Assembly: GCA_964014485.1 (NCBI GenBank)
Contig: CAXHAT010000008.1
Coordinates: 6,958-70,957, forward strand
Length of the DNA stretch: 64,000 bases
Direction of reading: 5' to 3'
Source of the DNA: an uncultured Deferribacteres bacterium
GTDB taxonomy: Bacteria > Zhuqueibacterota > Zhuqueibacteria > Zhuqueibacterales > Geothermadaptataceae
Below the pieces are notes generated by a model, which saw only the letters and a program-made list of their open reading frames with translations, was not told the DNA's origin and made no database searches. The position numbers were made by a program, and so were the translations under genes. Positions 37,162 through 47,488 of this stretch are shown here, piece by piece (positions within the stretch are counted from its first letter, which is position 1; every line of letters starts with the position of its first letter).

Positions 37162-38271
37162 TTATCTTTCAGCGACGATTTTTACTTTGGACTGATCCTT
37201 TAAACCGGCTTGACCAACCATGATGATTTTGTCACCGGCTTCAATGTCCGAGAGCGCTTCGATGTTTTGATAGTCTTGAAAACCAGCGTTGAGCAGAACT
37301 TTTGATGCAATGCCATCTCGCACGACAAAGACGAACATTTTTTCGTTTTCATAAACCAGAGCGGATTTCGAGATGAGCGCGGCGTTTTTGTGCGTCTCGG
37401 TGATAATATGCGCATTGACGAACATGCCCGGACGCAGTTGGCCTTTCTGGTTTTTCACGCCAACCGTGACTTTAAACGTACCGCTTTGCGGATCGACCAC
37501 CGGGCTGACGCGCTTGATCCAGCCGGTAAATTCTTTGCCGCCGAGATTGTCGGAAGTCAAAAACGCTTTCTGGTTTTTCTTGATCCGGCCAATTTCTTTC
37601 TCCGGCGCGTGAACGACTGCGATCATTTCCTGGGTATTAACAACGGAAAACAATTTGTCGGAAGGCTGGATGCGGTCGCCGGGGCGTACGAGACGTTCGC
37701 CAATAACGCCGTTGATCGGCGCTTCGATTTGGGTGTATTTCAAGTTGAGTTGCGCTTTTTCCCATTCGATCTTGGCGTTTTGCATCGTATACTTGGCTTG
37801 TTCGAATTCTTCCTTGCTCAGAAGCTTTTTGTCGAACATTGACTGGGCGCGGTCATAAGCGTTTTTCTGCTGCTCGAAGCTAACGCGAGCGCTTTGCTCG
37901 TTCAGCTCATGCTCATCAGCTTCAAGAGCGACAAGGCTTTGACCTTTACGAACGTAATCGCCTTCCTCGGCGTTCAATTTTTCAACGATGCCCTGAACGC
38001 GGGAAAAAACGTCAGCCATTTTTTCGGTTTCGAGATTTGAACTGAGAAGAATGTAGGAGGAGATGTCGCCGCTTTGGACTTGGGCGACTTCGACGGGAAC
38101 GGATTCATCTTTTTTCTTTTTATCGGGGAGATCGCTGGAAGACTTTTCTTCGGTTTGTTTGTTCTCGCTGGCGTCGTCCTTGTTTTTGGCGTTGGTTTCG
38201 CCGCAGTGAATTTGCAGAAAGCTGAGTCCTAGAATGAGCAGAACTGCCGGCAGTGAAATATACTTTTTCAT
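37162..38271 (-). CDS. RND periplasmic adaptor (membrane fusion protein)
   Basis: Lipoprotein-like leader; VPVEV, EEGDYVRKGQ, IEAPINGVI, SPVVDPQSGTFKV, LRPGMF. Confidence 0.92.
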   Translation of the reverse strand: MKKYISLPAVLLILGLSFLQIHCGETNAKNKDDASENKQTEEKSSSDLPDKKKKDESVPVEVAQVQSGDISSYILLSSNLETEKMADVFSRVQGIVEKLNAEEGDYVRKGQSLVALEADEHELNEQSARVSFEQQKNAYDRAQSMFDKKLLSKEEFEQAKYTMQNAKIEWEKAQLNLKYTQIEAPINGVIGERLVRPGDRIQPSDKLFSVVNTQEMIAVVHAPEKEIGRIKKNQKAFLTSDNLGGKEFTGWIKRVSPVVDPQSGTFKVTVGVKNQKGQLRPGMFVNAHIITETHKNAALISKSALVYENEKMFVFVVRDGIASKVLLNAGFQDYQNIEALSDIEAGDKIIMVGQAGLKDQSKVKIVAER

Positions 38272-38744
38272 GATCCCTTCCTCAAAATAGCTTGAAATTC
38301 TTGATCGCTTGGCTAGATGTTTTCTCTCGTACCGCCGCTAACTACGGGCGAAATTTGGAAAATGTTTCTCTCTAAAATCAATCAGGCGCTTTTTGTTAAT
38401 AAGACGATTAAACATAAACAAAAGTCGCTCGACTTCTGACAAGTTCACGGGCTGAATTAAATATACGGGAATCCAATCGGGATGAGTAAGGCAAGGGGAG
38501 ATTGAGCAAAATTTCACAATCTATGCGAGGCAAAATAACGGCGGGACGTTTTTAAGTTTTGAGACGGCTCCACTCATGAAAAATCAATTTGTCCGGAACC
38601 TCGCACGATATGAGCAATAATTGCTATAATGCTTCGTCTCCGTTTAGCGGATATAACAAGTACATTTAAAGCGATTTTCAAAATGAAGAAAAATGGGCGT
38701 TTTTTAAACCCGACCTGCAACCTGAACGTCAGTGACTTCCAGCT

Positions 38745-39269
38745 ATGAGAAAACTTGGTCTGACCTTCCTGCTGTTTATCCTCGCAGCGGCGTGCAACGA
38801 CATCGACGATATGGCCGGACAGCCGTATTTTTTTGATTTCGAAACAGCGGCGGAAATGGAACGCTTCTCCTGGCGCTGCCAAACGCTTTTTGAACGCACG
38901 CGAGATTTCGCCACGAACGGCGAGTACGGTCTGAAGCTGGAGTTTTTTCCCAGCAAGTATCCCGCACTTAAAACCAGTCGTTTTCAGCCTGACTGGACTA
39001 TTTTTTCAAGTTTACACTTCGATGTTTTTAACCCCGAAAAAGATACTTTGCGACTTGATTTCAAAATCAAGGATGCGGACGATCGTCAACACTATGAATT
39101 TCTGAAAATCCCGCCTGGACAAGAGCATGTCGCCCTGCCGTTATCCGCCCTCGCTTACGACAATCAAAATCGCAAACTGGACTTTAGCCGGATTCGCTCC
39201 GTAACCGTTTACATTCTCCAGCCGAAACAAAAGCACACGCTCTATTTTGATTATTTTCATTTGAAATGA
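38745..39269 (+). CDS. Lipoprotein with a jelly-roll/CBM-like domain
   Basis: Lipobox AAAC; FDFET, ATNGEYGLKLEF, DW..FSSLHFDVFNP, LYFDYFHL. Confidence 0.6.
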   Translation: MRKLGLTFLLFILAAACNDIDDMAGQPYFFDFETAAEMERFSWRCQTLFERTRDFATNGEYGLKLEFFPSKYPALKTSRFQPDWTIFSSLHFDVFNPEKDTLRLDFKIKDADDRQHYEFLKIPPGQEHVALPLSALAYDNQNRKLDFSRIRSVTVYILQPKQKHTLYFDYFHLK

Positions 39270-39549
39270 ACTCTCGACGAAATTGCTGTGCGAAACCCGG
39301 AGAGTCGTCTGATTCGCGTTATAAATTTTCCTGAATATTCGCTCTGCACAACCGACCTTTAACCGTATAAAAGAATACCGCCGTAACGGATGCGGCTGAT
39401 GCTCGCTTTTTTACGCCCCGAAATATCAACATGCTCAACGGATTCGAGTTTGGCAGACCTCGATTTTCCGGGCTTTATCGATGCATCATTTTTCCCGGGA
39501 TCGGAACCGCAACAGGAAGTATTTGCACGACAACTCGGCAGGAGCAGAC

Positions 39550-40743
39550 ATGGGTATTTTCGACTTTCAACGCATCGACCGCCTTCCCCCGTACGTTTTC
39601 ACCATCGTCAAACAATACAAAGACCAAACCGAGGCGCACGGCAAGCGCGTGCTGGATTTCGGCATGGGCAATCCCGATCAGCCGCCGCCCCCGCACATTA
39701 TCGACAAGTTGGTGGAAGTCACTCAAAAGCCGGACGTGCATCGTTACTCGGTTTCGCACGGCGTGGATGATTTGAGAAGCGCATTGTGCCGCTGGTACCA
39801 GAGAAAATATGACGTAACGCTTGATCCTGAGCAGGAAGCTATCGTCACCATCGGTTCAAAAGAAGGGCTCTCGCACCTTGCGCTGGCCATCATCAATCCC
39901 GGAGATCTGGTTTTTAGCCCAAGCCCGGCCTATCCGATTCATCATTACGCGCCCATCATTTCCGGTGGATTGGTTCATCACATTCCCGTCGGCCCCAAGG
40001 AAGATTTTCTGGACAATGTGAAGCAGGCGTTTAAAAAGGCTTCGCCGCGGCCCAAAATCATCTTCTTGAACTTTCCACACAACCCGACCGCCGCTTGCGT
40101 GGAACTGGATTTTTACCGGGACATCGTTGAATTTGCACTGGAACAAGATATTCTTTTGGTTAATGATTTAGCTTATTCCGAGGTCGCATTTGACGGCTAC
40201 GTGCCGCCGTCCATTTTGCAAATTCCCGGTGCAAAAGACATTGCGGTTGAATTTTACAGCATGTCGAAAACATACAACATGCCCGGGTGGCGCGTCGGTT
40301 TCTGCGCCGGCAACGCCAAAGTTGTTGCAGCGCTGCGCAGAATGAAAAGTTATTTGGATTACGGTATGCCGCAGCCGGTGCAAATCGCCGCCGCCGCCGC
40401 ACTGAACGGCCCGCAGTCGTGCGTAGACGATATTCGCGATTTGTACCAAAAACGCCGCGATCAATTATGCGACGGTTTGAATAGCGTCGGTTGGGCGGTG
40501 GAACGCCCCAGAGCGACGATGTTTGTCTGGGCGGAAATACCGGAAGAATTTAAGGCAATAGGGTCGCTAAAGTTTAGCAAGTATCTGATTGAAGAAGCGG
40601 GCGTGGCGCTTTCACCGGGGATCGGTTTTGGCGATTTTGGCGACGAATATGTGCGCATCAGCCTGCTCGGTTCAGAAGTGGAAATTGCGGAAGCCGTGGA
40701 TAATATTGGCGGGGCGTTGAATCGACGGGCAGTAGCGGCGTAA
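39550..40743 (+). CDS. alaC: Class I/II PLP aminotransferase, AlaC (YfdZ)-like
   Basis: RIDRLPPYVF, DFGMGNPD, TIGSKEG, NFPHNPT, DLAY, SMSKTYNMPGWRVGF, KSYLDYG; RBS AGGAG before ATG 39550. Confidence 0.8.
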   Translation: MGIFDFQRIDRLPPYVFTIVKQYKDQTEAHGKRVLDFGMGNPDQPPPPHIIDKLVEVTQKPDVHRYSVSHGVDDLRSALCRWYQRKYDVTLDPEQEAIVTIGSKEGLSHLALAIINPGDLVFSPSPAYPIHHYAPIISGGLVHHIPVGPKEDFLDNVKQAFKKASPRPKIIFLNFPHNPTAACVELDFYRDIVEFALEQDILLVNDLAYSEVAFDGYVPPSILQIPGAKDIAVEFYSMSKTYNMPGWRVGFCAGNAKVVAALRRMKSYLDYGMPQPVQIAAAAALNGPQSCVDDIRDLYQKRRDQLCDGLNSVGWAVERPRATMFVWAEIPEEFKAIGSLKFSKYLIEEAGVALSPGIGFGDFGDEYVRISLLGSEVEIAEAVDNIGGALNRRAVAA

Positions 40744-40789
40744 GGCAAATTTGACGAGAGCGGTGGAAAAAGGCGGCCTTTTTTCAGCC

Positions 40790-41590
40790 TCAAAAATTGG
40801 CGAAAGCTTCTCCCGTAAACGGCTGCGAGACCGTCCCTTGCAATCGCGGTCGGTCTGTTTCAGCGTCGATCGAGATGACCAGTTCTCCGCCGGGCGGGTA
40901 AAGCATGACGGGAAATTCTACTTTTTTGCATTCGGCGCTGATATATGCGGAAGCGACGGCGCCCGTGCCGCACGCCAGCGTTTCAGCGTTAACGCCGCGC
41001 TCATAAGTACGAATTTTGAGCGTTCTTTCGTCAACGATTTCGATGAAATTGACATTGGTTCCATGCGGGGCGAAAAAGGCGTGTTTGCAATAATGCTTGC
41101 CGATTTTCTCGACGTTTACGGCCGCCAGGTTTTGTGAGAAAATCACATAATGCGGCACGCCGACCCAACAAAATCCTCCTTCTTCAAAATCGCTGTGTTC
41201 TAACGCTCCCGGCAAAATCGTCGTCTTTTTTGGTTTGTGCATCAAGAGCGAAACGACGTCTCCGGCGACTGAAGCTTCGTAGACGTCATCGCAAACTTCA
41301 AAACGACAGTTTTCCGGCGCGAGTTTATTGTGCACGGCAAACCAGGCTGAAGCGCGCGCGCCGTTACCGCACATTTCCGCTTCTGCGCCGTCCGCGTTGA
41401 AATAGCGCATCCGAAAATCAGTTTTTTCGCTCGGCTCCAAAATCAAAATTCCGTCTGCGCCGACGCCCTTTTGGCGATGGCAAAGATGTTCCAAAAATGT
41501 CTGGTCATAGTCCTTGGCGGGCGATGCGACATGGTCGAAGAGAATGAAGTCGTTGCCGGTCGCGGAAAGTTTTGCAAAGTGAACTTTCAT
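40790..41590 (-). CDS. dapF: Diaminopimelate epimerase
   Basis: GNDF, GVGADG, NADG..EMCGNG, GVPH, GTNVNF, TYERGV..ETLACGTG. Confidence 0.95.
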   Translation of the reverse strand: MKVHFAKLSATGNDFILFDHVASPAKDYDQTFLEHLCHRQKGVGADGILILEPSEKTDFRMRYFNADGAEAEMCGNGARASAWFAVHNKLAPENCRFEVCDDVYEASVAGDVVSLLMHKPKKTTILPGALEHSDFEEGGFCWVGVPHYVIFSQNLAAVNVEKIGKHYCKHAFFAPHGTNVNFIEIVDERTLKIRTYERGVNAETLACGTGAVASAYISAECKKVEFPVMLYPPGGELVISIDAETDRPRLQGTVSQPFTGEAFANF

Positions 41591-43935
41591 GGCTTTTCGT
41601 TTTTAAGCCAGCCTAAAACATCGGCGGTTTCGATGACAAACCCCCAGCCTCCGCCGCCGTTTTCAACTTTTAAAAGCAATTCGTTTTTTCCTTCACGCAC
41701 CAAGCCGACGAACATGTCGCTTGCCGGAGAAACCCCGCGATGCGTGTGATTTCGATGCACTTCTTCGCCGTTCAGCCATACGGCGACGCCGTCATCGCTG
41801 CCGAGCATAAACAGCATTTTTCCAGTCTCGCGACTTTCAAATTCGGTCGTTGCGTAGGCGTTCACTTTTTCGTGCTTACCAAATATTTCAACGAAATCCA
41901 CGATTCCGTCTTCGGGCGCTTGCACCGTTCGCCACTGAATTTCCCGGCTGCTCGCGGCGCCGGGTTCAGGCGGTGCGACAACGTCTAACCCGTGGTTTTC
42001 AGGGAAAGGAAACGGCCCGGCGACGCGCCATTCGCGCAAAAATTCGTTGGTCGTCAAATTTCGAAATGCAGCGCGGACATAGCGATGATCGTTGATGTGC
42101 TCAGCATGTTTCAAAGCCTTGCGCCAACGGGAATTGTCACCGGCATTGACTTGCGCCACGGCAATCGCTGTTTTTTCCAAAGGCTGTGCCGCGCTGCGCA
42201 GGGCGGCGGCCAGGATTGTCTGCGTTTCATCGCCCGGCGTTTCGCTGAGTTGGTTGTAAATAAACAAGCGGCGGTCGAGGCTGACCTGCGGCAAGAGCGC
42301 CGAGAAGAGCTCCTGACGATTGGGGATGTCGTTTTGCGCCAAATAACTGACGGCGAATCTTTTAAGCTCGGAATCGTCGCCAAGCTCTTCGATAAAATTA
42401 TCCGGTTGGTCGTGCAATCGCCGGACGATGGCGCCGGCGCGCTCCATGATCGAAGTGAATTCGCCGTCGCGGTCGGCGTCGACCCAAATCGGATTGGTAA
42501 AAGCCAGCGGCGTGATCGGAACCGGAGCGTCGTGGACGAGCGGCGCCATCGATTCGTTGCCGGTCGCGACGACGACGTACCATGTGTCAACTTTCGGCCT
42601 CAGGGTGACGGTTTTCCTGAAACGCACCGGGCGTTCCGACGATTGAACGGCGAAGGATTTTACGACCTTGCCGTTGCCGATAATTTGGACAGTGTCGCAA
42701 TCGACCCAGTGCGGCGCCTGGACGCGAATGCGCAAATTAACAGCGCCGTTTTTTAAGGAAATCTGGCCGCCAATCGGGACGTTTTTATCAGCGACGGCTT
42801 CAATGTACAAGCCTCGACTGACCGAAACATTGCGTTCACGAATGCTTTCAACAAGTTCAGCTTCGTCAATTTTTGAAGGATCGTCTGTTGAACTTGCAAC
42901 GTAAGTCCTGGGCGTTCCGGCCAGAATGTTCATCAAGCTGTGGCTGTCTGAATTGCCGACGCCGGCGAACCGTCGCCCGCTGTTGAGCATGTTAAACCAA
43001 TCCTGCTTAACGGAAATCGGATTGCCTTCTTCCTCGATCCATCCCAGCCCGCGATTTTCATTCAAAATCTCATACGCGTCGAACGCCCAGCTCCAATCTT
43101 CTTGATCGGAAAAAGCGAATTCCTGATCGAAATTGAGAATGGTAAAATAATCGCCGCTCGGCCAGCGCGGATGGTTCACTTGAATTATCGAGGCAGGCGC
43201 TTCGTTTTTGATGTTTTTGAACAATTCGCGTCCGTCCGTAACGGAACTTTTTGTCGGCTCCGATCCGCGAGGGAGGGGAAAGGCGTTGAAATGCCCGATG
43301 GGGGTCGAAATTTCGTTGCCGATTGAGGCGGCCATCAAATCGGTGAGATCAAGCTCGCGCCGCACCGTGTCATAATCCGTCACGTGATTGTGATCCGTAG
43401 CAACAGCCCACTCCAAGCCTTCGCCAATGCAGGAAATGAGTCTTTCTTGAACCGACGCGTCGCCGTGCCCGGAAAAGGTGAGCGTGTGCAAGTGCAAGTC
43501 GCCGGAAATGTAGCCCGGCGTTTCGACTTCTTTGCGAATGTATGCGGTGAGAGAATGCTTACTCTCCGCCGAAATCTCGATTTCACGTTTATCCGCTGAG
43601 TATTCCGTCCCGCGCCCCGCCCAAATCGTGTACTTGCCGGGCGGCACGGAAATTTCTCCTCTGCCGTCCGCAGTATAAACCGTGCTTTGGCGGCTGGCGA
43701 TGTTGCCGAAAGACGCTACGCCAAGATCAAACGTAGTGTCGGCTTGCAGAAAAACAAGCTTTCCCGGCGTGTAGGCGCCGGATTCGGCGTCTCGAATTTC
43801 GAAGGAAAAGTTCGGGTCAACGACGGGCGTATTGGGTGTGTTAAGGCGGGGTTTTAGCGCAAATCCCGTAAAGATGAGTAGGGAAATTACGACGGACAAT
43901 GCACGTAATTTGCGATTTTTCCGAAAACCGCTCAT
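41587..43935 (-). CDS. Secreted CehA/McbA-type PHP metallohydrolase with helical and PA14-like C-terminal domains
   Basis: GDLHLHT, ATDHNH, GHFNAFP, NHP, NSDSH, TNPIWVD; C-terminal WRVAGPF..GSDDGVAVWLNG..GKNELLLKV; RBS GGAGG. Confidence 0.8.
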   Translation of the reverse strand: MSGFRKNRKLRALSVVISLLIFTGFALKPRLNTPNTPVVDPNFSFEIRDAESGAYTPGKLVFLQADTTFDLGVASFGNIASRQSTVYTADGRGEISVPPGKYTIWAGRGTEYSADKREIEISAESKHSLTAYIRKEVETPGYISGDLHLHTLTFSGHGDASVQERLISCIGEGLEWAVATDHNHVTDYDTVRRELDLTDLMAASIGNEISTPIGHFNAFPLPRGSEPTKSSVTDGRELFKNIKNEAPASIIQVNHPRWPSGDYFTILNFDQEFAFSDQEDWSWAFDAYEILNENRGLGWIEEEGNPISVKQDWFNMLNSGRRFAGVGNSDSHSLMNILAGTPRTYVASSTDDPSKIDEAELVESIRERNVSVSRGLYIEAVADKNVPIGGQISLKNGAVNLRIRVQAPHWVDCDTVQIIGNGKVVKSFAVQSSERPVRFRKTVTLRPKVDTWYVVVATGNESMAPLVHDAPVPITPLAFTNPIWVDADRDGEFTSIMERAGAIVRRLHDQPDNFIEELGDDSELKRFAVSYLAQNDIPNRQELFSALLPQVSLDRRLFIYNQLSETPGDETQTILAAALRSAAQPLEKTAIAVAQVNAGDNSRWRKALKHAEHINDHRYVRAAFRNLTTNEFLREWRVAGPFPFPENHGLDVVAPPEPGAASSREIQWRTVQAPEDGIVDFVEIFGKHEKVNAYATTEFESRETGKMLFMLGSDDGVAVWLNGEEVHRNHTHRGVSPASDMFVGLVREGKNELLLKVENGGGGWGFVIETADVLGWLKNEKP

Positions 43936-44000
43936 TATCTCTCCTCCTTCCAAGAAAACAAGAACGCTGTAGAGATAATGAAGCCGCAGGCCAATTCCTA

Positions 44001-46031
44001 CTACTTCGACACCGGTTGTTCGCTCTCCAGAACGCGCGCCAGTTCGCCAATATTGATCGGCTTGGCGACGAAATCGTCCATCCCGGCTTTGAAGCAGTTC
44101 GCAACGTCTTCTTTCATGACCGCCGCCGTCATCGCGATTATTCTTGGCTGGAAATATGAAGGGAATTCGCGCCGAATTTGGCGGGTGGCTGCGAGACCGT
44201 CCATTTCGGGCATTTGCACGTCCATGAACACAAGATCGTAGCGTTCTTTTCTCAGCGCTTTGAGTGCAAGAGCGCCGTTTCCGACAATCTCAGCATGGTA
44301 GCCAAAGCGCTTTAGCATGTATTGCACGACTTGCTGGTTGACAGGGTTATCTTCCGCGACCAGCACCTTCAAAGGGTTTTGGGAAGCAAGTTCAGAATCA
44401 AAATCGACCGTATTTCTGAGCGGATCTGAAATAGTTTTCGAGTCTTGGGAAGCCTTGACTGCGCGAATGGTGAAATAGAAAGTAGAGCCTAGGTGAAGCT
44501 CGCTCTCCACCCAGATTTTGCCGCCCATGAGTTCACATAAACGACGACAGATGGCAAGCCCAAGTCCTGTACCGCCGTATTTTCGCGTGGTTGAAGCGTC
44601 GAGTTGGCTGAACGGCAAGAACAGGTTTTTCCGCTTCTCCCACGGCACTCCGACGCCGGTGTCTTTTACCGCAAACAACAATTCTGAACCCGGCTTATTC
44701 TCCTTCACGGAGATATTGATGCGCCCGTTTGGCGTGAACTTGATGGCGTTGGAAAGCAAATTGATAAGAATTTGCCGCAATCGCGTTTCATCGCCCAGGA
44801 TGATCTCAGGAGCGTTTTCATTTAAATGAAAATCGAGTTGCAGGTTCTTGGAAGAAACGTCGAGGGCAAAGAGATCCAGGACTTCTTCGATGCAGCGCTT
44901 CAGACTGATCGGCTGGTGCTCTAACTCCAGTTTGCCCGATTCAATTTTTGAAAAGTCGAGAATATCGTTGATAATATTGAGCAATGCATTGCCGCTGTTG
45001 CGGATTGTACTGACGAGGTTTCGCTGTTCGGAGTTGAGGTCGGTTCCAATCAACAAGTCGGTCATCCCGATAACGCCGTTCATCGGCGTTCGAATTTCAT
45101 GGCTCATGTTAGCGAGGAATTCGCTTTTCGCCCGGGTGGCTTCCTCAGCGCGAGTTCGGTCGGCAAACTCCTGATTGAGTTCTTTTTCAAGCAATTTTGA
45201 TTTGTACGTCGCCGTGATCAGACGGGAAAAGAACCTGAAAAACGCCAATTCGTATTCGCTGAATCTGCTTTCGATGTAGCGATTTGAGATAATGATCACG
45301 CACTTCTTTTCATCCAAAGTGATGGGGATGATAAGTTCGGATTGGCGCTGACTGAGGTCGGACGGGAATTTCAACTTCTGGATGATTTTTGTCCTGTGCG
45401 CCGAAACGCCTTCTTGAGCCATCATCTCCCATATTTTGCCGCCGTCGGGGCTTTCTTCCTCGCAAAACATGGCGGCGCCGGAATAGTGAAAAACGCCTTT
45501 GAGGAAAAAGCCAACGATGAGTTTGGGAAGCTGGTCAATCTCGGTTTTTGGAATCTCAATTGCGCTCAACGTCAATAACTCGGTCAGTGCGTCAATTGTC
45601 CATTGGGTATAAGTGCGCAGATCACTGCGAAGTTTTTGGTGTAAAAATTCCCATTGACTCGTGAAACGCTCAATGTCGGCGTGATAGCGTTCAATATCAA
45701 TCCGTTGCTTCTGATTTTGTCGGTACTGGTCGTGCAACGCTTTGATGACTTTGAGCAGCGAGAGCGTGACCTCGTGAATGTGGGGCAGCATCTGCGGAGG
45801 CGTGGTCAAAACTTGCAGGAGCGGCCCTTTCCATTCTGTGGAATACGCGTCTCCTTTTTGAATAACGACCCCGGCGATTTTTTCAAACAAGTCACCGAAG
45901 TTCTGTTCAAATTCGTCCGCGTCTCGTACAAAAACGGCAAATATGCCGCGACGAATATCGCGCTTCTCGATAGTTTCTTTGTAAACGAACGGCGGCGGCG
46001 CTTCTATTGTCGAATAGAAGGCGAAGTTCAT
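44001..46031 (-). CDS. Cytoplasmic hybrid histidine kinase (GAF-like, HisKA, HATPase_c, REC)
   Basis: AKSEFLANMSHEIRTPMNG, NLLSNAIKFT, GGTGLGLAI, VAEDN..FMDVQMPEMDG..KP. Confidence 0.93.
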   Translation of the reverse strand: MNFAFYSTIEAPPPFVYKETIEKRDIRRGIFAVFVRDADEFEQNFGDLFEKIAGVVIQKGDAYSTEWKGPLLQVLTTPPQMLPHIHEVTLSLLKVIKALHDQYRQNQKQRIDIERYHADIERFTSQWEFLHQKLRSDLRTYTQWTIDALTELLTLSAIEIPKTEIDQLPKLIVGFFLKGVFHYSGAAMFCEEESPDGGKIWEMMAQEGVSAHRTKIIQKLKFPSDLSQRQSELIIPITLDEKKCVIIISNRYIESRFSEYELAFFRFFSRLITATYKSKLLEKELNQEFADRTRAEEATRAKSEFLANMSHEIRTPMNGVIGMTDLLIGTDLNSEQRNLVSTIRNSGNALLNIINDILDFSKIESGKLELEHQPISLKRCIEEVLDLFALDVSSKNLQLDFHLNENAPEIILGDETRLRQILINLLSNAIKFTPNGRINISVKENKPGSELLFAVKDTGVGVPWEKRKNLFLPFSQLDASTTRKYGGTGLGLAICRRLCELMGGKIWVESELHLGSTFYFTIRAVKASQDSKTISDPLRNTVDFDSELASQNPLKVLVAEDNPVNQQVVQYMLKRFGYHAEIVGNGALALKALRKERYDLVFMDVQMPEMDGLAATRQIRREFPSYFQPRIIAMTAAVMKEDVANCFKAGMDDFVAKPINIGELARVLESEQPVSK

Positions 46032-47182
46032 TTGCTCCCACCTAAGAGAAGAATGATGAAAGTGACGTTGTGAAAGTAGGTGCCCGTGTAGGTGCCGTCT
46101 TCATTTTTGTGCGGCGCTATTTCGCCGAAGCTGGGCAGACCCAGCAATGGCAGCGTCGGCTTCAGCTCGGAAGACGTGCGTTCAAGTTCTTCTTTCGTGC
46201 GTTCACCCAAGACCCATTTCCGGCCGGCGCAGCTGATGATCAAAGCCGCTGAAGGATCAAAATCGAGTTCCGGCAAACCTTGCAGCGCTTCGGAGACCCC
46301 GCCTAAGACTTCTTCCCGCGTTGCCGTACAAACGCGCACCGGGGTGCCTTCTTCTACGCTGCCGAAATAAGTCAAGGAACCGTCCTCATCCATTTTGAAA
46401 GGCGTTCTCATCACATAGGTTTCGCATTCCGGCTGCTGGTAGGCGGCCATCGATAACGTGGTGATGTCCACTTCGGAAGGCGGCTTCCCGAATTGTTTGT
46501 GAATGAAATCGACCGTTGACATGCCGTCTATTTTGAAAATTCGGTTGCCTTCGGCTTCTTCTACAGTTGCAATTTCACCAACAGGCGCCCAGCCGCTGGC
46601 AAGGTTCATGGCAAACTGAACGTCGCCGGAAAGTGCCAAAATGCCGATAGCGTCTTCATGCATGCGGCCGTTGACAAGCACAATTCCGTGCTGGAAATGT
46701 CTGTCGTCCCCGGTCAGGCCGCCGACGCACGGGGCGGAAAATTCGGTCCGTATGCCCGCCGTCATTTTGGCGCCGTCCCCGGACATTCCAGCCATAACAA
46801 AAGCCAGTTTGATCTCATCGGCGGCTGCATTCTTGATCTTTTGGGCGCAGGCTTGCCCGGTTCTGAAAGAATCTTCAGCCAAACCGGCTTCGACGTCCAC
46901 CGTCCACTCAACTTTGCCTTGGCTGTTGAATGCGAGTGCGCCGACCCCAACGTTTTCCACGCGATCCGATTCATAATAGCCGTCGCCGGTGCCGCCAAAA
47001 ATAATGACGTCTTTGTTTCCAAGCTCATCATAAATGCCTTCATAAAGCTCGGAAAAGTCGGCGTAATTGACTGACGCGAACATAATAATCGCTTCCGGCT
47101 TAATATCTTTGAAAGCCTGGCCAATTTCCATCCCGGCTTCATAAGGGTCGATATTTGACGTACTAAAGGACTTGGTTTTCAT
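46028..47182 (-). CDS. FIST-domain (NosP-like) sensor protein
   Basis: GGTGDG, VGGLTGDD, SGWAPVG, ISCAGR, FGEIAP, FHNVT; stop overlaps the kinase start (ATGA). Confidence 0.88.
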   Translation of the reverse strand: MKTKSFSTSNIDPYEAGMEIGQAFKDIKPEAIIMFASVNYADFSELYEGIYDELGNKDVIIFGGTGDGYYESDRVENVGVGALAFNSQGKVEWTVDVEAGLAEDSFRTGQACAQKIKNAAADEIKLAFVMAGMSGDGAKMTAGIRTEFSAPCVGGLTGDDRHFQHGIVLVNGRMHEDAIGILALSGDVQFAMNLASGWAPVGEIATVEEAEGNRIFKIDGMSTVDFIHKQFGKPPSEVDITTLSMAAYQQPECETYVMRTPFKMDEDGSLTYFGSVEEGTPVRVCTATREEVLGGVSEALQGLPELDFDPSAALIISCAGRKWVLGERTKEELERTSSELKPTLPLLGLPSFGEIAPHKNEDGTYTGTYFHNVTFIILLLGGSK

Positions 47183-47488
47183 CGCTTTACCGTTGGTTAA
47201 ATGGTCGATATAAGAGGATTCGGCGTATTGGGGAAAGTTGTTTTCTGCGTACATAAGAAATTTACCCGCAGATAAAGCTTTAGCGGAAAGCCAATTGGCG
47301 AGAAGCGTAAGGGGGAAGTTTTTTTGAGAGAAGGTGTGCGATTTTTGAGGCTTTGTTCGAAACTAACCAAAAAGGCGGGACGGCACTCCAAAATTTGAAC
47401 GCGCCAGCCGCAAAACTTAAATCTTATTCACTGATGTTACGCGCTCGCGTACTGATATGACGTTCGATGTAAACGTTGTTCTAAAAAG

